DNA of 64,000 nt from Myxococcota bacterium (GCA_965247115.1 CBDFGR010000003.1:2208001-2272000), one strand, 5' to 3'. Positions 9,179-18,977 are shown, counted from the stretch's first letter. Translations and numbers: made by a program. The notes: generated by a model from the letters alone, not told the origin.

Positions 9179-10840
9179 ATCTCCGAGCTCCACGGTCAAA
9201 CCTACGGTCTGAAGGCGAGCGAGCTTCGCCGCCTGAGGAACCTCTACAAGCGCCGGCTCCCGCGCAACGCGCTGGTGTCGCCGGAGTTCGCGCGTCAGCT
9301 GTCGGAGCTCTCGGCAGAGATCGGCCGCAGGATCGGTGCGCTCGTGTCGCGCGCGGGCCGAGTCGAGTTCGTCGCCATCGGTGACGCGCTGGGGATCGAG
9401 CTGCCTGACTTCCGCCGCGTGCGCGGCGGGACGGGCCGCTTCCGCGGACTGCGCTTCATCCACACCCACCTCGGTGGGGACGGGCTCACGCGCGACGACC
9501 TCACCGACCTCAGCCTGCTGCGACTGGACGCCAGCGCCGCGATCCTGGTCGGCGACGACGGCTTGCCCCGGGTGGTCGACTACGCCTCGCTGCGACCACC
9601 CGACGAGTCGGATGAGTTGGTCGATCGCCACGAGCGCGTCCACCCGGCGCGACTCGACTTCGACTTTCTGGAGTGGATCGACGATCTCGAAGACCGCTTC
9701 GGGCAGGCACAGCGCGGCATCTCCATCCAGGCCAAGGGTGAGCGGGCGGTGCTCGTCGGGGTCTCGATCGGGCGGGATCCCGGGGCGGAGGAGCGTCTTG
9801 AGGAGATGCGCGAGCTCGCCAGGACTGCGGGGGTTGCAGTCGTGGATTGCGTCGTACAGAAGCGCTCGAAGCCCGATCCGCGCTACCTGGTCGGCAAGGG
9901 AAAGATGCGCGACATCGTGATCCGCGCCTGGCAGCGCGGCGCCCAGCTCGTGCTCTTCGACTGCAACCTGACGCCGGCACAGCTGCGGCACATCACGGAC
10001 CTGGTCGAGGAGCGCATCGTGGACCGCTCTCAGCTGATCCTGGACATCTTCGCGCAGCACGCTCAGAGCAAGGAAGGGCGCCTGCAGGTCGAACTGGCTC
10101 AGCTGCGCTATCGGCTGCCGCGCCTGACCGGCAAAGGGGAATCGATGAGTCGCCTGGCCGGCGGGATCGGGGGCCGCGGCCCCGGCGAGTCGCGGCTCGA
10201 AGTCGACCGGCGGCGGGTTCGCGAGCGGATTCGGCAGCTCGGACGCATGCTCGACAGCGTGGCGAAGCAGCGTGCCACGCAACGTTCCCGCCGCAGTCGC
10301 GGCGGGCTGCCGGTCCTGTCCATCGTGGGTTACACGAACGCGGGGAAGTCGACCCTGCTAAACCGCATGACGAACAGCCAGGTACTCGTCGAGGACAAGC
10401 TCTTTGCTACGGTCGATCCGTCGTCGCGCCGTCTGCGTTTTCCCCGCGAACGCGACGTGATCATCACCGACACGGTGGGCTTCATTCGCGACCTGCCGCC
10501 GGATCTCATCGCGGGCTTCAAGGCGACGCTGGAAGAGATTCGCGAGGCGACCGTGCTGCTCCACGTCGTCGATGCGAGCAGCCCGGCCATCGAGGACCAG
10601 ATCGCCGCGGTGCGCGAGATCCTGGAAGAGCTCGGTCTGGGAGACAAGGCGGAGTGCCTCGTGCTGAACAAGTCCGACCTCGTCGCTGCGGATGAAGTCG
10701 CGGGCCTGGCACATCTGCTCGGTGGCGTGTCGGTCTCGGCGCTCGACGGCAGGGGAATAGAAGAGCTGCTGCAGCGCCTCGAGCTAATGATGTTTCGGGG
10801 CGAGCCAGGCGACGACGTGCGCCTCGCCGCGGGGAGCTAA
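9179..10840 (+). CDS. hflX: GTPase HflX (long N-terminal form); probable non-canonical ATC start
   Basis: DRSQLILDIFAQHA, GRGPGE, VGYTNAGKSTL, LFATVD, DTVGF, NKSD. Plausible coding sequence begins at ISELHGQTYGLK right after a GAGGGGGAGG SD. Confidence 0.9.
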   Translation: MSELHGQTYGLKASELRRLRNLYKRRLPRNALVSPEFARQLSELSAEIGRRIGALVSRAGRVEFVAIGDALGIELPDFRRVRGGTGRFRGLRFIHTHLGGDGLTRDDLTDLSLLRLDASAAILVGDDGLPRVVDYASLRPPDESDELVDRHERVHPARLDFDFLEWIDDLEDRFGQAQRGISIQAKGERAVLVGVSIGRDPGAEERLEEMRELARTAGVAVVDCVVQKRSKPDPRYLVGKGKMRDIVIRAWQRGAQLVLFDCNLTPAQLRHITDLVEERIVDRSQLILDIFAQHAQSKEGRLQVELAQLRYRLPRLTGKGESMSRLAGGIGGRGPGESRLEVDRRRVRERIRQLGRMLDSVAKQRATQRSRRSRGGLPVLSIVGYTNAGKSTLLNRMTNSQVLVEDKLFATVDPSSRRLRFPRERDVIITDTVGFIRDLPPDLIAGFKATLEEIREATVLLHVVDASSPAIEDQIAAVREILEELGLGDKAECLVLNKSDLVAADEVAGLAHLLGGVSVSALDGRGIEELLQRLELMMFRGEPGDDVRLAAGS

Positions 10841-10843
10841 GGC

Positions 10844-11848
10844 GTGCAGGAGCTACGCAGGGTACGCATCGCCGGAACCGGGATGTTCGTCCCGCCGCGG
10901 GTGGTCACGAACAAGGATCTCGAGCAGCTCATGGATACGAGCGACGAGTGGATCCGTCAGCGAACCGGGATCGCCGAACGTCACCACGTGGATCCCGGCG
11001 TCGGCCCCGCGGACCTGGCAAAGGAGGCCGCAGTTCGGGCGCTCGACGCCGCAGGGATCCGCGCGAGCGAGCTGGACGCGATCATCGTCGCCTCGCTCTC
11101 GCCACACCACGACTTTCCCGGCATCTCTGCCTTCCTGCAGGATCGACTCGACGTCGCCGGTTGCCCGGCACTGGACGTGCGCTCGCAGTGCACGGGTTTC
11201 ATCTATGCCCTGCAGGTCGGACAGCTGTTCGTTGCCTCGGGTCAGTACGAGCGCGTGCTCGTGGTCGGTGCGGAGGTCCACTCGACCGGCCTCGACTTCA
11301 GTACGCGCGGCCGCGACGTCAGCGTGATCTTCGGCGATGGCGCGGGGGCCGTGATCCTCGAGCCCTCGACCGACACCGAACGCGGGATCCTCTCGGTCCA
11401 CATTCACGCCGAAGGAAAGCACGCGAAGCGCCTCTGGGTCGAAGCGCCGGGCTCCGTCTACCATCCGCGCATCGACCAGAAGCTGCTCGAAGAAGGTCGA
11501 CACTTCCCATACATGGATGGGCGCTTCGTGTTCAAGCACGCGGTTACCCGCATGCCCGAGGTGATGCGCGAGGCGCTCGACCACAACAGCCGCGAGATCG
11601 AGGATCTCGACCTGGCCCTCTTTCACCAGGCCAACCTCCGTATCAACGAGTACGTGGCCGGCCAGCTCGGGCTTCCCGAGGAGAAGGTCTACAACAACAT
11701 CGAGCGTTTCGGAAACTGCTCCGCCGCATCCATCCCCATGCTGCTCGACGAGTGCGTGGCTGCGGGGCGGCTCAGGGAGGGCGACCTCCTGGCGCTGTGC
11801 GGCTTCGGCTCGGGCTTTACCTGGGGGGCCGCGCTCATCCGCTGGTGA
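10844..11848 (+). CDS. fabH: 3-oxoacyl-ACP synthase III (FabH family)
   Basis: DTSDEWIRQRTGI, QCTGF (catalytic Cys), FGDGAGA, HQANLRI, GNCSAAS, GFGSGFTWG. Confidence 0.9.
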   Translation: MQELRRVRIAGTGMFVPPRVVTNKDLEQLMDTSDEWIRQRTGIAERHHVDPGVGPADLAKEAAVRALDAAGIRASELDAIIVASLSPHHDFPGISAFLQDRLDVAGCPALDVRSQCTGFIYALQVGQLFVASGQYERVLVVGAEVHSTGLDFSTRGRDVSVIFGDGAGAVILEPSTDTERGILSVHIHAEGKHAKRLWVEAPGSVYHPRIDQKLLEEGRHFPYMDGRFVFKHAVTRMPEVMREALDHNSREIEDLDLALFHQANLRINEYVAGQLGLPEEKVYNNIERFGNCSAASIPMLLDECVAAGRLREGDLLALCGFGSGFTWGAALIRW

Positions 11849-11882
11849 CCAGCCGCGTCACATTCCAGCGCAAGGCGCTACC

Positions 11883-11945
11883 TAAGATACTGATTTTGAA
11901 CAGTTAACGCGGGTGCTTGACAGTATGACGCACCGTGTTGCTTTG
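11883..11945 (+). promoter_or_regulatory. putative sigma70 promoter with upstream IHF-like site
   Basis: AT-rich TAAGATACTGATTTT followed by a perfect TTGACA (11917-11922); the -10 element is weak. Confidence 0.45.
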
Positions 11946-11970
11946 CCGCCATCCAGACGGAGGAAACACC

Positions 11971-12375
11971 GTGGCAGAGCCAAGCAACGGCGGCTTCGAG
12001 CGCCTGAACGACGCGTTTCGCAACCTCGACGATCAGCTTCAGGAGCTGCGCGGGCGCTTCGACGATCAGCTGCGGCGCGTCGAGAGCAGCTGGAACGAGC
12101 GGCGTGAGGAGATCCGGGCCCAGCTCCGCAGCACCGCTATCTACAAGCGCAGCGAGCAGGTTCGAAAGGACCTCGAGGAGCACGTGGATCGCGGGCGATC
12201 GCAGCTCTACGAGGTCTTCGGGATCGCGTCCAAGTCGGAGATCCAGAAGCTCTCCCGCAAGCTCAACACCCTTTCGAAGAAGCTGAGCGAGCTCACAAGA
12301 GAGCAAGTCGTGGAAGAGCCGGAACCGGAACCGGAAGACGAGCGGCAGGCTGAGCAGGAGCGCGCGCTGGGCTAG
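11971..12375 (+). CDS. coiled-coil phasin-like (PHA granule-associated) protein
   Basis: GGAGGA SD then GTG. Amphipathic helices and C-terminal GIASKSEIQKLSRKLNTL resemble PhaF/PhaI-type tails. Confidence 0.55.
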   Translation: MAEPSNGGFERLNDAFRNLDDQLQELRGRFDDQLRRVESSWNERREEIRAQLRSTAIYKRSEQVRKDLEEHVDRGRSQLYEVFGIASKSEIQKLSRKLNTLSKKLSELTREQVVEEPEPEPEDERQAEQERALG

Positions 12376-12440
12376 ACGCGCCGCGCGTCGCGAGAGGCCC
12401 CACCGAGCGGGGGTGGTAAGCTGCGGAGTGGAGGCTTGCC

Positions 12441-13613
12441 TTGGCGTTTGAAGCGCTTGACTTCTTTCGAATCGACGACGATCTCGCCGACGAGGAACGG
12501 ATCGTGCGCGACACGGTCCGCGACTTCGTAGAGCGCGAGTTCCTGCCAAGGGTCGTCGAGCACGTCCGGCAGGACGGCTCCTTTCCGATGGAGCTCGTCC
12601 CACAGATGGCCAGCCTTGGGCTCTTCGGCGCCAACCTGGAAGGCTACGGCTGCGCCGGGATGAACGCCGTTGCGTACGGGCTCGTCATGCAGGAGCTCGA
12701 GCGGGGCGACTCCGGGCTGCGCAGCTTCTCGTCGGTTCAGGGCGGGCTCTGCATGTACCCGATCTACGCGTACGGAACCGAGAAGCAGAAGGACCGCTGG
12801 CTGCCCCCGATGGCGCGGGGCGAGGTGATCGGCTGCTTCGGGCTGACCGAGCCGGACTACGGCTCGGACCCCGGCGGGATGCTCTCGCGGGCCGAACGCC
12901 GCGGCAACAGCTGGATCCTCAACGGGACCAAGCGCTGGATCACGAACGGGAGCGTTGCCGACCTCGCGATCGTCTGGGCGCAGACCGAGGACGGGATCCA
13001 GGGCTTCCTCGTGGAGAAGGAGTTCCCTGGTTTCGAAGCCAGGGACATGAAAGGCAAGTTCTCGCTGCGCGCGTCGATCACGAGCGAGCTCTTCCTGTCC
13101 GATGTCGAGGTTCCGGAAGAGAATCGGCTCAGCGGCGTCGTGGGTCTGCGCGGACCGCTCGGCTGTCTCAGCCAGGCGCGCTACGGCATCGCCTGGGGGG
13201 CGCTCGGTGCCGCCATGGCCTGCTTCGACGAGGCCCGTCGCTACTCGAAAGAGCGGATCGTGTTCGGGCGTCCACTCGCCTCGCTGCAAATCCCGCAACA
13301 GAAGCTCGCCTGGATGGCCACCGAGATCACCAAGGGACAGCTGCTCGCGCTGCGCCTCGGTCGCTTGAAGGACAGCGGTAAGCTGCATCACTCGATGGTG
13401 TCGATGGCCAAGATGAACAACGTGGACATCGCACTCCAGGTGGCGCGCGCGGCCCGCGACATGCTCGGTGCGAACGGGATCGTGGACGACTACTGCGCGA
13501 TGCGCCACATGGTGAACCTGGAGACCGTGCGCACCTACGAAGGCACGCACGACATCCACACGCTCATCCTGGGCCGCGAGCTCACCGGCCTCGGCGCCTT
13601 CGGAGACGAGTGA
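12441..13613 (+). CDS. acyl-CoA dehydrogenase, glutaryl-CoA dehydrogenase-like
   Basis: ELERGDSGLRS, GCFGLTEPDYGSDP, KRWITNG, RYGIAWG, TYEGTHDIHTLILG. Confidence 0.9.
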   Translation: MAFEALDFFRIDDDLADEERIVRDTVRDFVEREFLPRVVEHVRQDGSFPMELVPQMASLGLFGANLEGYGCAGMNAVAYGLVMQELERGDSGLRSFSSVQGGLCMYPIYAYGTEKQKDRWLPPMARGEVIGCFGLTEPDYGSDPGGMLSRAERRGNSWILNGTKRWITNGSVADLAIVWAQTEDGIQGFLVEKEFPGFEARDMKGKFSLRASITSELFLSDVEVPEENRLSGVVGLRGPLGCLSQARYGIAWGALGAAMACFDEARRYSKERIVFGRPLASLQIPQQKLAWMATEITKGQLLALRLGRLKDSGKLHHSMVSMAKMNNVDIALQVARAARDMLGANGIVDDYCAMRHMVNLETVRTYEGTHDIHTLILGRELTGLGAFGDE

Positions 13614-13614
13614 G

Positions 13615-13708
13615 TCTTGTGGGACCCGGGCCGCGGGCGTCCGCGGCCCACCCACCTCCGCTCAGGCCTACGGCCTTCGCTGCGCGCGCCGCGTTCGCGG
13701 CGCTTGCA
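13615..13708 (+). repeat. repeat family A, copy 1 (three-hairpin REP-like element)
   Basis: TCTTGTGGGACCCGG...CCACCCACCTCCGCTCAGG...CTTCGCTGCGCGCGCCGC...GCGGCGCTTGCA; homologous copies at 39185, 46578 and 63720. Confidence 0.85.
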
Positions 13709-13750
13709 GGTTGCCAAGCCCCGTAGGAGGTTGCCGGTTCTCCACGGAAT

Positions 13751-13905
13751 CCGAACTTGGGGACGGTCCTTAATCCGAACTTGTTCTGCCGAAGTCGGAC
13801 TTCTGGTCACTGAAGCGGGACTCTCGGGCACATTCATCCATCTAGGCGTTGCTGCGGTCGTCTCACGCGGAATAAGTTCGGATTAAGGACCGTCCCCAAG
13901 TTCGG
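13751..13905. mobile_element. MITE/REPIN-like element family B, copy 1
   Basis: Perfect 32-bp terminal inverted repeats CCGAACTTGGGGACGGTCCTTAATCCGAACTT (13751-13782 and 13874-13905); second copy at 63544-63696. Confidence 0.8.
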
Positions 13906-13919
13906 CGGCAGTTGGAGGG

Positions 13920-14753
13920 CTAGTGCTCTAGGTGGGCTAGGGCGCGTTCGAGGCTGCCGTCGCAGGTGTCGAGGGCTGCGGTTGCCTCGGGCTCGGGTCG
14001 ACCGGAGAGCTCCATCAGGATGGCGATCGCTCGTTCCCGGAGCTTGCAGCTCGACGGGCGGATTCCCGTCATCAGGTTGCTGCGCACGAGACCGAGTCGG
14101 ACCATGACCGAGGTCGAGAGGGCGTGCAGGATCATCTTCTGGGCCAGGCCGCCCTTCATGCGCGTGGAGCCTGCGACGACTTCGGGGCCAACGTCCACGA
14201 CGATCGCGATGTCGACCAGGTTCGCGAGCGGCGAATCCGGGGCACAGGTGACACCGATCGATGTTGCGCCAAGCTCTTGCGCAAGCTCGACTCCGGCCAG
14301 GGCGTAGGGCGTGTGACCGCTCGCGGAAAGGGCCAGCAGCGCATCTTCTCTCGTGAAGAAGCGCGCACGGAGGTCGTGCGCCGCAGCCGTCGTGTCGTCC
14401 TCCGCGCTCTCGACCGCACGCAGCAGCGCTTCCTCCCCGCCCACGATGATTGCCTGCACCCGGCTCGGATCGAGGCCGTAGGTGGGCGGGATCTCGGCCG
14501 CGTCGAGTGCTCCGAGGCGACCGCTCGTGCCTGCCCCAATGTTGAACCAGCGCCCGCTGCCTTGAAGCACCTCGAGTAGCGCGTCGCTGGCCTCCTCCAG
14601 CTGCGGGAGGGCGTTGCGCACCGCGGCGGGCACGGTCGCGTCCTCGTCCAGGATCCGGGTGAGCAGCGAGCGCGGCGACATCCGGTCCAGGTCCAGGGTC
14701 CTGGGGTTCCTCGCCTCGGTCGGCCGCCGCGCGGGCGTCTTCGGAGCGGCCAC
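13920..14753 (-). CDS. murQ: N-acetylmuramic acid 6-phosphate etherase
   Basis: TEARNP, GAGTSGRLG.LDAAEIPPTYG, AED, GPEVVAGSTRMKGG.AQK. Confidence 0.9.
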   Translation of the reverse strand: MAAPKTPARRPTEARNPRTLDLDRMSPRSLLTRILDEDATVPAAVRNALPQLEEASDALLEVLQGSGRWFNIGAGTSGRLGALDAAEIPPTYGLDPSRVQAIIVGGEEALLRAVESAEDDTTAAAHDLRARFFTREDALLALSASGHTPYALAGVELAQELGATSIGVTCAPDSPLANLVDIAIVVDVGPEVVAGSTRMKGGLAQKMILHALSTSVMVRLGLVRSNLMTGIRPSSCKLRERAIAILMELSGRPEPEATAALDTCDGSLERALAHLEH

Positions 14754-14768
14754 CTAGAATGGGCTCCC

Positions 14769-17177
14769 GTGAGCTTTCGGTGTGAGCCCGGAACCCTGGC
14801 CCGACTCGAGTGGCCGCGACTGGCGCGGTGCCTGGCCGTCGAGGCCGCGACGGCTCGCGGCGCGGAGGCCTGCCAGAGCGATCTCTTCCAGCCGACGCGA
14901 GCCGCTGTCCGCGAACGTCTCACCGAGACGACGGAGGCGCGGGCCCTGCTGGACGCGGGAAAGTCGCTTCCGTTCGGCGGGGTGGAGGAACTGAGCGCGG
15001 CCCTCGAGGCGCTTCAGAGGGGAGCAAGCCTGGCAGCGCGGGACTTCGCGGCTCTGCTCACCACGCTGCGCGCGGCAGAACGCATCGGCAAGTTCCTTGC
15101 GCAGCGATCCGGCGAGTGTCCGGCCCTCGCAGCCCTGGCGGCCACACTCCCCGAGCTCGCCTCCCTGATCTCGCGGCTGGCCCGGATCGTCAGCGAGGAG
15201 GGAGAGATCCGGGCGGACGCGAGCAGCGAACTCCGTCGGGCACGCGGGCGAAGCCGCGAGCTCGAGGCCGAGATCGAGCGGAGCATGGCCGCGTGTCTCG
15301 GCAGCTCGGCGATCCAGCCGCACCTGCAAGATCGCTACGTGACCTTCCGGGAGAGCCGGTCGGTGCTGCCCATTCGGGCAGACGCCCGCCACCGGGTGAG
15401 GGGGATAGTCCACGATGTCTCATCGAGCGGAACCACGGTCTTTATTGAGCCCGAAGCCGTGGTCGAGGCGGGAAACTCGCTGCGGATCTCCCAGACGGAG
15501 GTGGAGCGCGAGGTTCAGCGCCTGCTCCGGGATCTGGCGCTAGCCGCACGAGAGCGGCTGGCCGAGATTGCGGGTCTGTGCGCGACTCTCGGGGCGTTGG
15601 ACGTCGCGATGGCGCGCGGCCACTTGTCCCATCGCCTGAGCGCCCGCCCCCCAACGCTGCCAGAAGACGCCGAGCTGGAGCTGCGCGAGCTGCGGCATCC
15701 GTTGCTCCTGCTCGAGGCGGGCCTGTCCGAGGATGAGGTCGTCGCCAACGACCTCGTCCTGCGTGAGGGAGCTCGCTGTCTCGTCATCTCCGGCCCCAAC
15801 GCCGGCGGCAAGACGGTCGCGGCCAAGGCCCTGGGGCTGGCGGCCCTGTCCCTGCGGGCGGGGTTGCACGTCGCCTGCGGGGAGGACAGCCAGATGCCCA
15901 TCTTCGATGCCGTGCAGGCGGACATCGGCGACGATCAAGACCTGCGCGCGGGGCTCTCCACCTTCTCCGCCCGCATGGCCAACCTGGCCGCGATTGTGAG
16001 CGCGGCGGCGCCAGCGACGCTCGTGATCGTCGACGAGGTGGGCGAGGGAACCGAGCCCGCCGAGGGTGCGTCGCTTGCCCAGGCGATTCTGGAGGCGCTG
16101 GTCGAGCGCGGGTCCACCGTCGTTGCGACCACACATTTCAACCAGCTCAAGCGCCTGGCCGCCGCGGACCCGCGCTTCGTGAACGCAAGCGCCGAGTTCG
16201 ATCCCGAGACCCTGCTCCCCACCTATCGCATTCAGATCGGAGCGCCCGGCTCGAGCGGAGCCCGGTGGGTCGCGAGCCGGATGGGGCTCGAGGAGTCCAT
16301 CGTCGAGCGTGCGGGCGCCCTCGTCGGAAGCGAAGGCCGCGAGCTGGAAGAGCTCTCGCAGAGCCTCGCCGACCTGCGAAAGGAGCTGCAGGTCGAGCGC
16401 GTCTCGGCCGCGCACGCCCGCGAGCAGGCCGAGGAGCTACGGGTGGAGTACGAGCAGCGCCTGGCGGCCCTGCGTCTGGAGCGCGAGAAGGCGCTGGCCG
16501 AGATGAAGTCAGAGCTCGCGCAGGCGTACGCCGGGGCGAGGGAAGAGATCGCCGGCGTGGTTCGAGCGTTGCAGCGCGGGGAGGGCGGCGCCGGGCAGGC
16601 AGCGAACCGGGCCTATCACGAGCTCGAGCAGGTCCGGGAGCGAGTGGGGAAGGTAGAGGCGCGGCACTCTCCGCCGGAGCCCGAGAGCCGGGAGACCGTG
16701 ACGCCGGAGCAGCTCGTTCCGGGTAGCCGCCTCGCGGTGGAGGGTCTCCCCGGGCCGGCCGTCGTCGTCGAGGCTCCGGATCGACGGGGGCGCGTGGCGG
16801 TTCGCGTCGGGGCAGCGCGCATGTCGATCCCGCTCGAGCGGGTGATCCGGCTGCTCGGGTCGCCGGAGCCCGAGGCGCGCCCGTCACGGCGCCAGGCCGC
16901 GGTCCACGTACCAGAGGGGTCCGAAGAGGATCCGGGTCGCGAGTGCGACCTGCGAGGCCTGCGCGTGGATGAGGCCCTCGACCGTGCCGACGCTCACCTG
17001 CAGCGCATGCTCGGTCACGGCGAGCCGCGACTGATCCTGATCCACGGTCACGGCACTGGCGCCCTGCGCCAGGCCCTACGTGCCTGGCTACGCGAGCTCC
17101 CCGAGGTCGCCGACTACGGCCCTGGAGAAGAGGGCGAGGGTGGGAACGGAATCACCTTCGTCCGGCTCACTCACTGA
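14769..17177 (+). CDS. mutS2: MutS2 endonuclease / ribosome-collision ATPase with Smr domain
   Basis: GIVHDVSSSGTTVFIEP, ISGPNAGGKT, DIGDDQ..LSTFSA, DEVGEGTEP, C-terminal DLRG...IHGHGTGAL Smr domain. Confidence 0.92.
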   Translation: MSFRCEPGTLARLEWPRLARCLAVEAATARGAEACQSDLFQPTRAAVRERLTETTEARALLDAGKSLPFGGVEELSAALEALQRGASLAARDFAALLTTLRAAERIGKFLAQRSGECPALAALAATLPELASLISRLARIVSEEGEIRADASSELRRARGRSRELEAEIERSMAACLGSSAIQPHLQDRYVTFRESRSVLPIRADARHRVRGIVHDVSSSGTTVFIEPEAVVEAGNSLRISQTEVEREVQRLLRDLALAARERLAEIAGLCATLGALDVAMARGHLSHRLSARPPTLPEDAELELRELRHPLLLLEAGLSEDEVVANDLVLREGARCLVISGPNAGGKTVAAKALGLAALSLRAGLHVACGEDSQMPIFDAVQADIGDDQDLRAGLSTFSARMANLAAIVSAAAPATLVIVDEVGEGTEPAEGASLAQAILEALVERGSTVVATTHFNQLKRLAAADPRFVNASAEFDPETLLPTYRIQIGAPGSSGARWVASRMGLEESIVERAGALVGSEGRELEELSQSLADLRKELQVERVSAAHAREQAEELRVEYEQRLAALRLEREKALAEMKSELAQAYAGAREEIAGVVRALQRGEGGAGQAANRAYHELEQVRERVGKVEARHSPPEPESRETVTPEQLVPGSRLAVEGLPGPAVVVEAPDRRGRVAVRVGAARMSIPLERVIRLLGSPEPEARPSRRQAAVHVPEGSEEDPGRECDLRGLRVDEALDRADAHLQRMLGHGEPRLILIHGHGTGALRQALRAWLRELPEVADYGPGEEGEGGNGITFVRLTH

Positions 17178-18444
17178 GCAAGCGCGATCTCACAACGGCA
17201 GCGATCCTCGCTCCCGATGCCGCGGCTCCTTCGGCATGGGGTCCGACGAGGTAGTCCCCGCAGAAGAAGATGCGCCGCGAACGAGCCTGGCGCTGCTCGC
17301 TCCAGAGCCGCTGCGCAGCGCGGTACCTACCCGGGCTGAAGCACGGCACGCTTGCCGGCAGGCGCAGCAGCTTGCTCGTCTTCGTTCCGGAGCGCAGTCC
17401 GGGGTGGATGCGCTCGGCGGACTCGAGCAGGGTCTGGCTGAGCTCCGCGTCCGCGTGCTGGCCCTGGGCCACCGCGAAAGCGGGGCGAGCCACCAGAAGA
17501 AGCAGCTGGCGCCCGCCAGACTCTGTCAGCAGCTCGACGCTGCCGGAGAGGGAACCGCCCTCCGACTCCGGTATCCAGGTAACGGGAGCGGAGGCCACTT
17601 GAGTGCACGACACCGCCAGGTGTAGTCCGTCCAGATAGCGCGCCGACTCGAAGACCTCGCGCTCGGGGGGACTGAGCTCTTTCACGAGGCCCGTGACGTG
17701 CGTAGCGGGGACGGCAAGCACGACGGCGTCTGCGCCGATCTCCTCACCGGATGCAAGACGGACCCCGCTTCCCCCGGACAGCACCGAGGTCACTCTTGCT
17801 GCGGTGCGCAGCTCCAGCCCCGAGGCGAGAGCGGGCGCCAGCGCACTCAGCCCAAAGGCCAGGGAGAGCTCGACGTCCCCCCAGGCGTCGAGGAACGTGA
17901 AGAGCAGCTGGCGACTCGTCTCGCAAACGTCGTGGGCGAAGTGGAGCTCGAGCAGGGGCCCGAAGAGCCGTGCGACCGAGCGCGCTCCGAGCGTGAGGTG
18001 CCCGAAGTCCGCAACGCTCCGGTCGTCGAGACGCGTCGCGCGGTCGGGGGCCTGGGGATCTACGGCGGCGCCGAGCCACTCCACCAGGCAGCGCAGGCGG
18101 CGAGCGCGGAGCACGCGCAGGGGTCCCGGAGCGAGGGAGTCGACACTGCGCATGCTCGCCGACACGATGGACCCGCGCTGTAGGCGCCGGACCTGCTCGA
18201 GCGGCGTGCGCCGCACGGACTTCCTCATCCCGAGCTCTGCGATGAGGCCTCCGATCACGGGCGCGCTGCGGGGCAGGGCGTGGAGTGCGGGCTCGAAGCG
18301 GACACCGTCAAGTGTCTGCGCGCGTAGCCGGCCGCCGATCTGTGAGCTGGCCTCGACCAGAAGGCAGTCGACCTGCGCGTCCTGCAGCCGCTGGGCGGCG
18401 ACCAGGCCAGCGAGTCCGGCCCCAACGACAACGACCCGGCTCAC
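17167..18444 (-). CDS. FAD-dependent oxidoreductase (protoporphyrinogen oxidase / amine oxidase family)
   Basis: VVVVGAGLAGL..A, EASSQIGGR, LDDRSVADF, FCGDYL..P..EGAAASG. Confidence 0.75.
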   Translation of the reverse strand: MSRVVVVGAGLAGLVAAQRLQDAQVDCLLVEASSQIGGRLRAQTLDGVRFEPALHALPRSAPVIGGLIAELGMRKSVRRTPLEQVRRLQRGSIVSASMRSVDSLAPGPLRVLRARRLRCLVEWLGAAVDPQAPDRATRLDDRSVADFGHLTLGARSVARLFGPLLELHFAHDVCETSRQLLFTFLDAWGDVELSLAFGLSALAPALASGLELRTAARVTSVLSGGSGVRLASGEEIGADAVVLAVPATHVTGLVKELSPPEREVFESARYLDGLHLAVSCTQVASAPVTWIPESEGGSLSGSVELLTESGGRQLLLLVARPAFAVAQGQHADAELSQTLLESAERIHPGLRSGTKTSKLLRLPASVPCFSPGRYRAAQRLWSEQRQARSRRIFFCGDYLVGPHAEGAAASGARIAAVVRSRLLSE

Positions 18445-18977
18445 GCGGGCTTTGCGCTCACCTCGAGACCAAGCTCCGTGGCGACCTCGTCGAGGGACTT
18501 CTGAAGCCGCGAGCCGTCGAGGGTCTCGGGAACCTCGGCGGCGACCGTCATGCCGTAGAGCGCGGCTCCCGACGGAGAGGGCAAGGTGGTGGAGCGGAGA
18601 TCGGCGATGTTCACCTTGAGATCGGCGAGCACGCGACAGATCCGCGCCACGATCCCGGCGCGGTCCTCACCCTGGGCCTGGATCTCGAAGAGCCGATAGC
18701 CAGGCGCGGGTACGGGGGGGCGGGGCTCGCCCTCCAGCGGCCGCAGCAGGATCGTGAGCCGATTCTCCCACTCGAGGCGCCTGGCGCCGGTCGCCAGCCG
18801 CTCGCCGAGGTCGTCGGAGGTTCCGGAGCAGAGCAGGATCGAGGCGAACTCGTTGCCCAGCAGGGCCATGCGCGAGTCCTCCAGGTTGGCCTCGCAGTCG
18901 AAGACCAGCTGAGCCAGATCCGCGACGACCCCTGGCCGATCCCGGCCCACGGCCGAGAGAATGAACCACTTTCGCAC
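18441..18977 (-). CDS. tandem ACT-domain protein (GcvR-like)
   Basis: GRDRPGVVA...NLEDSRM and GEDRAGIVA...NIADL. GGAGG SD before GTG 18977; TACAAT -10 upstream. Confidence 0.85.
   Translation of the reverse strand: MRKWFILSAVGRDRPGVVADLAQLVFDCEANLEDSRMALLGNEFASILLCSGTSDDLGERLATGARRLEWENRLTILLRPLEGEPRPPVPAPGYRLFEIQAQGEDRAGIVARICRVLADLKVNIADLRSTTLPSPSGAALYGMTVAAEVPETLDGSRLQKSLDEVATELGLEVSAKPA

Noticed and set aside
13615..13905. Repeats A/B as a CRISPR array or integron attC sites
   Set aside because: No regularly spaced repeat-spacer series, no cas or integrase gene, and no RYYYAAC/GTTRRRY ends
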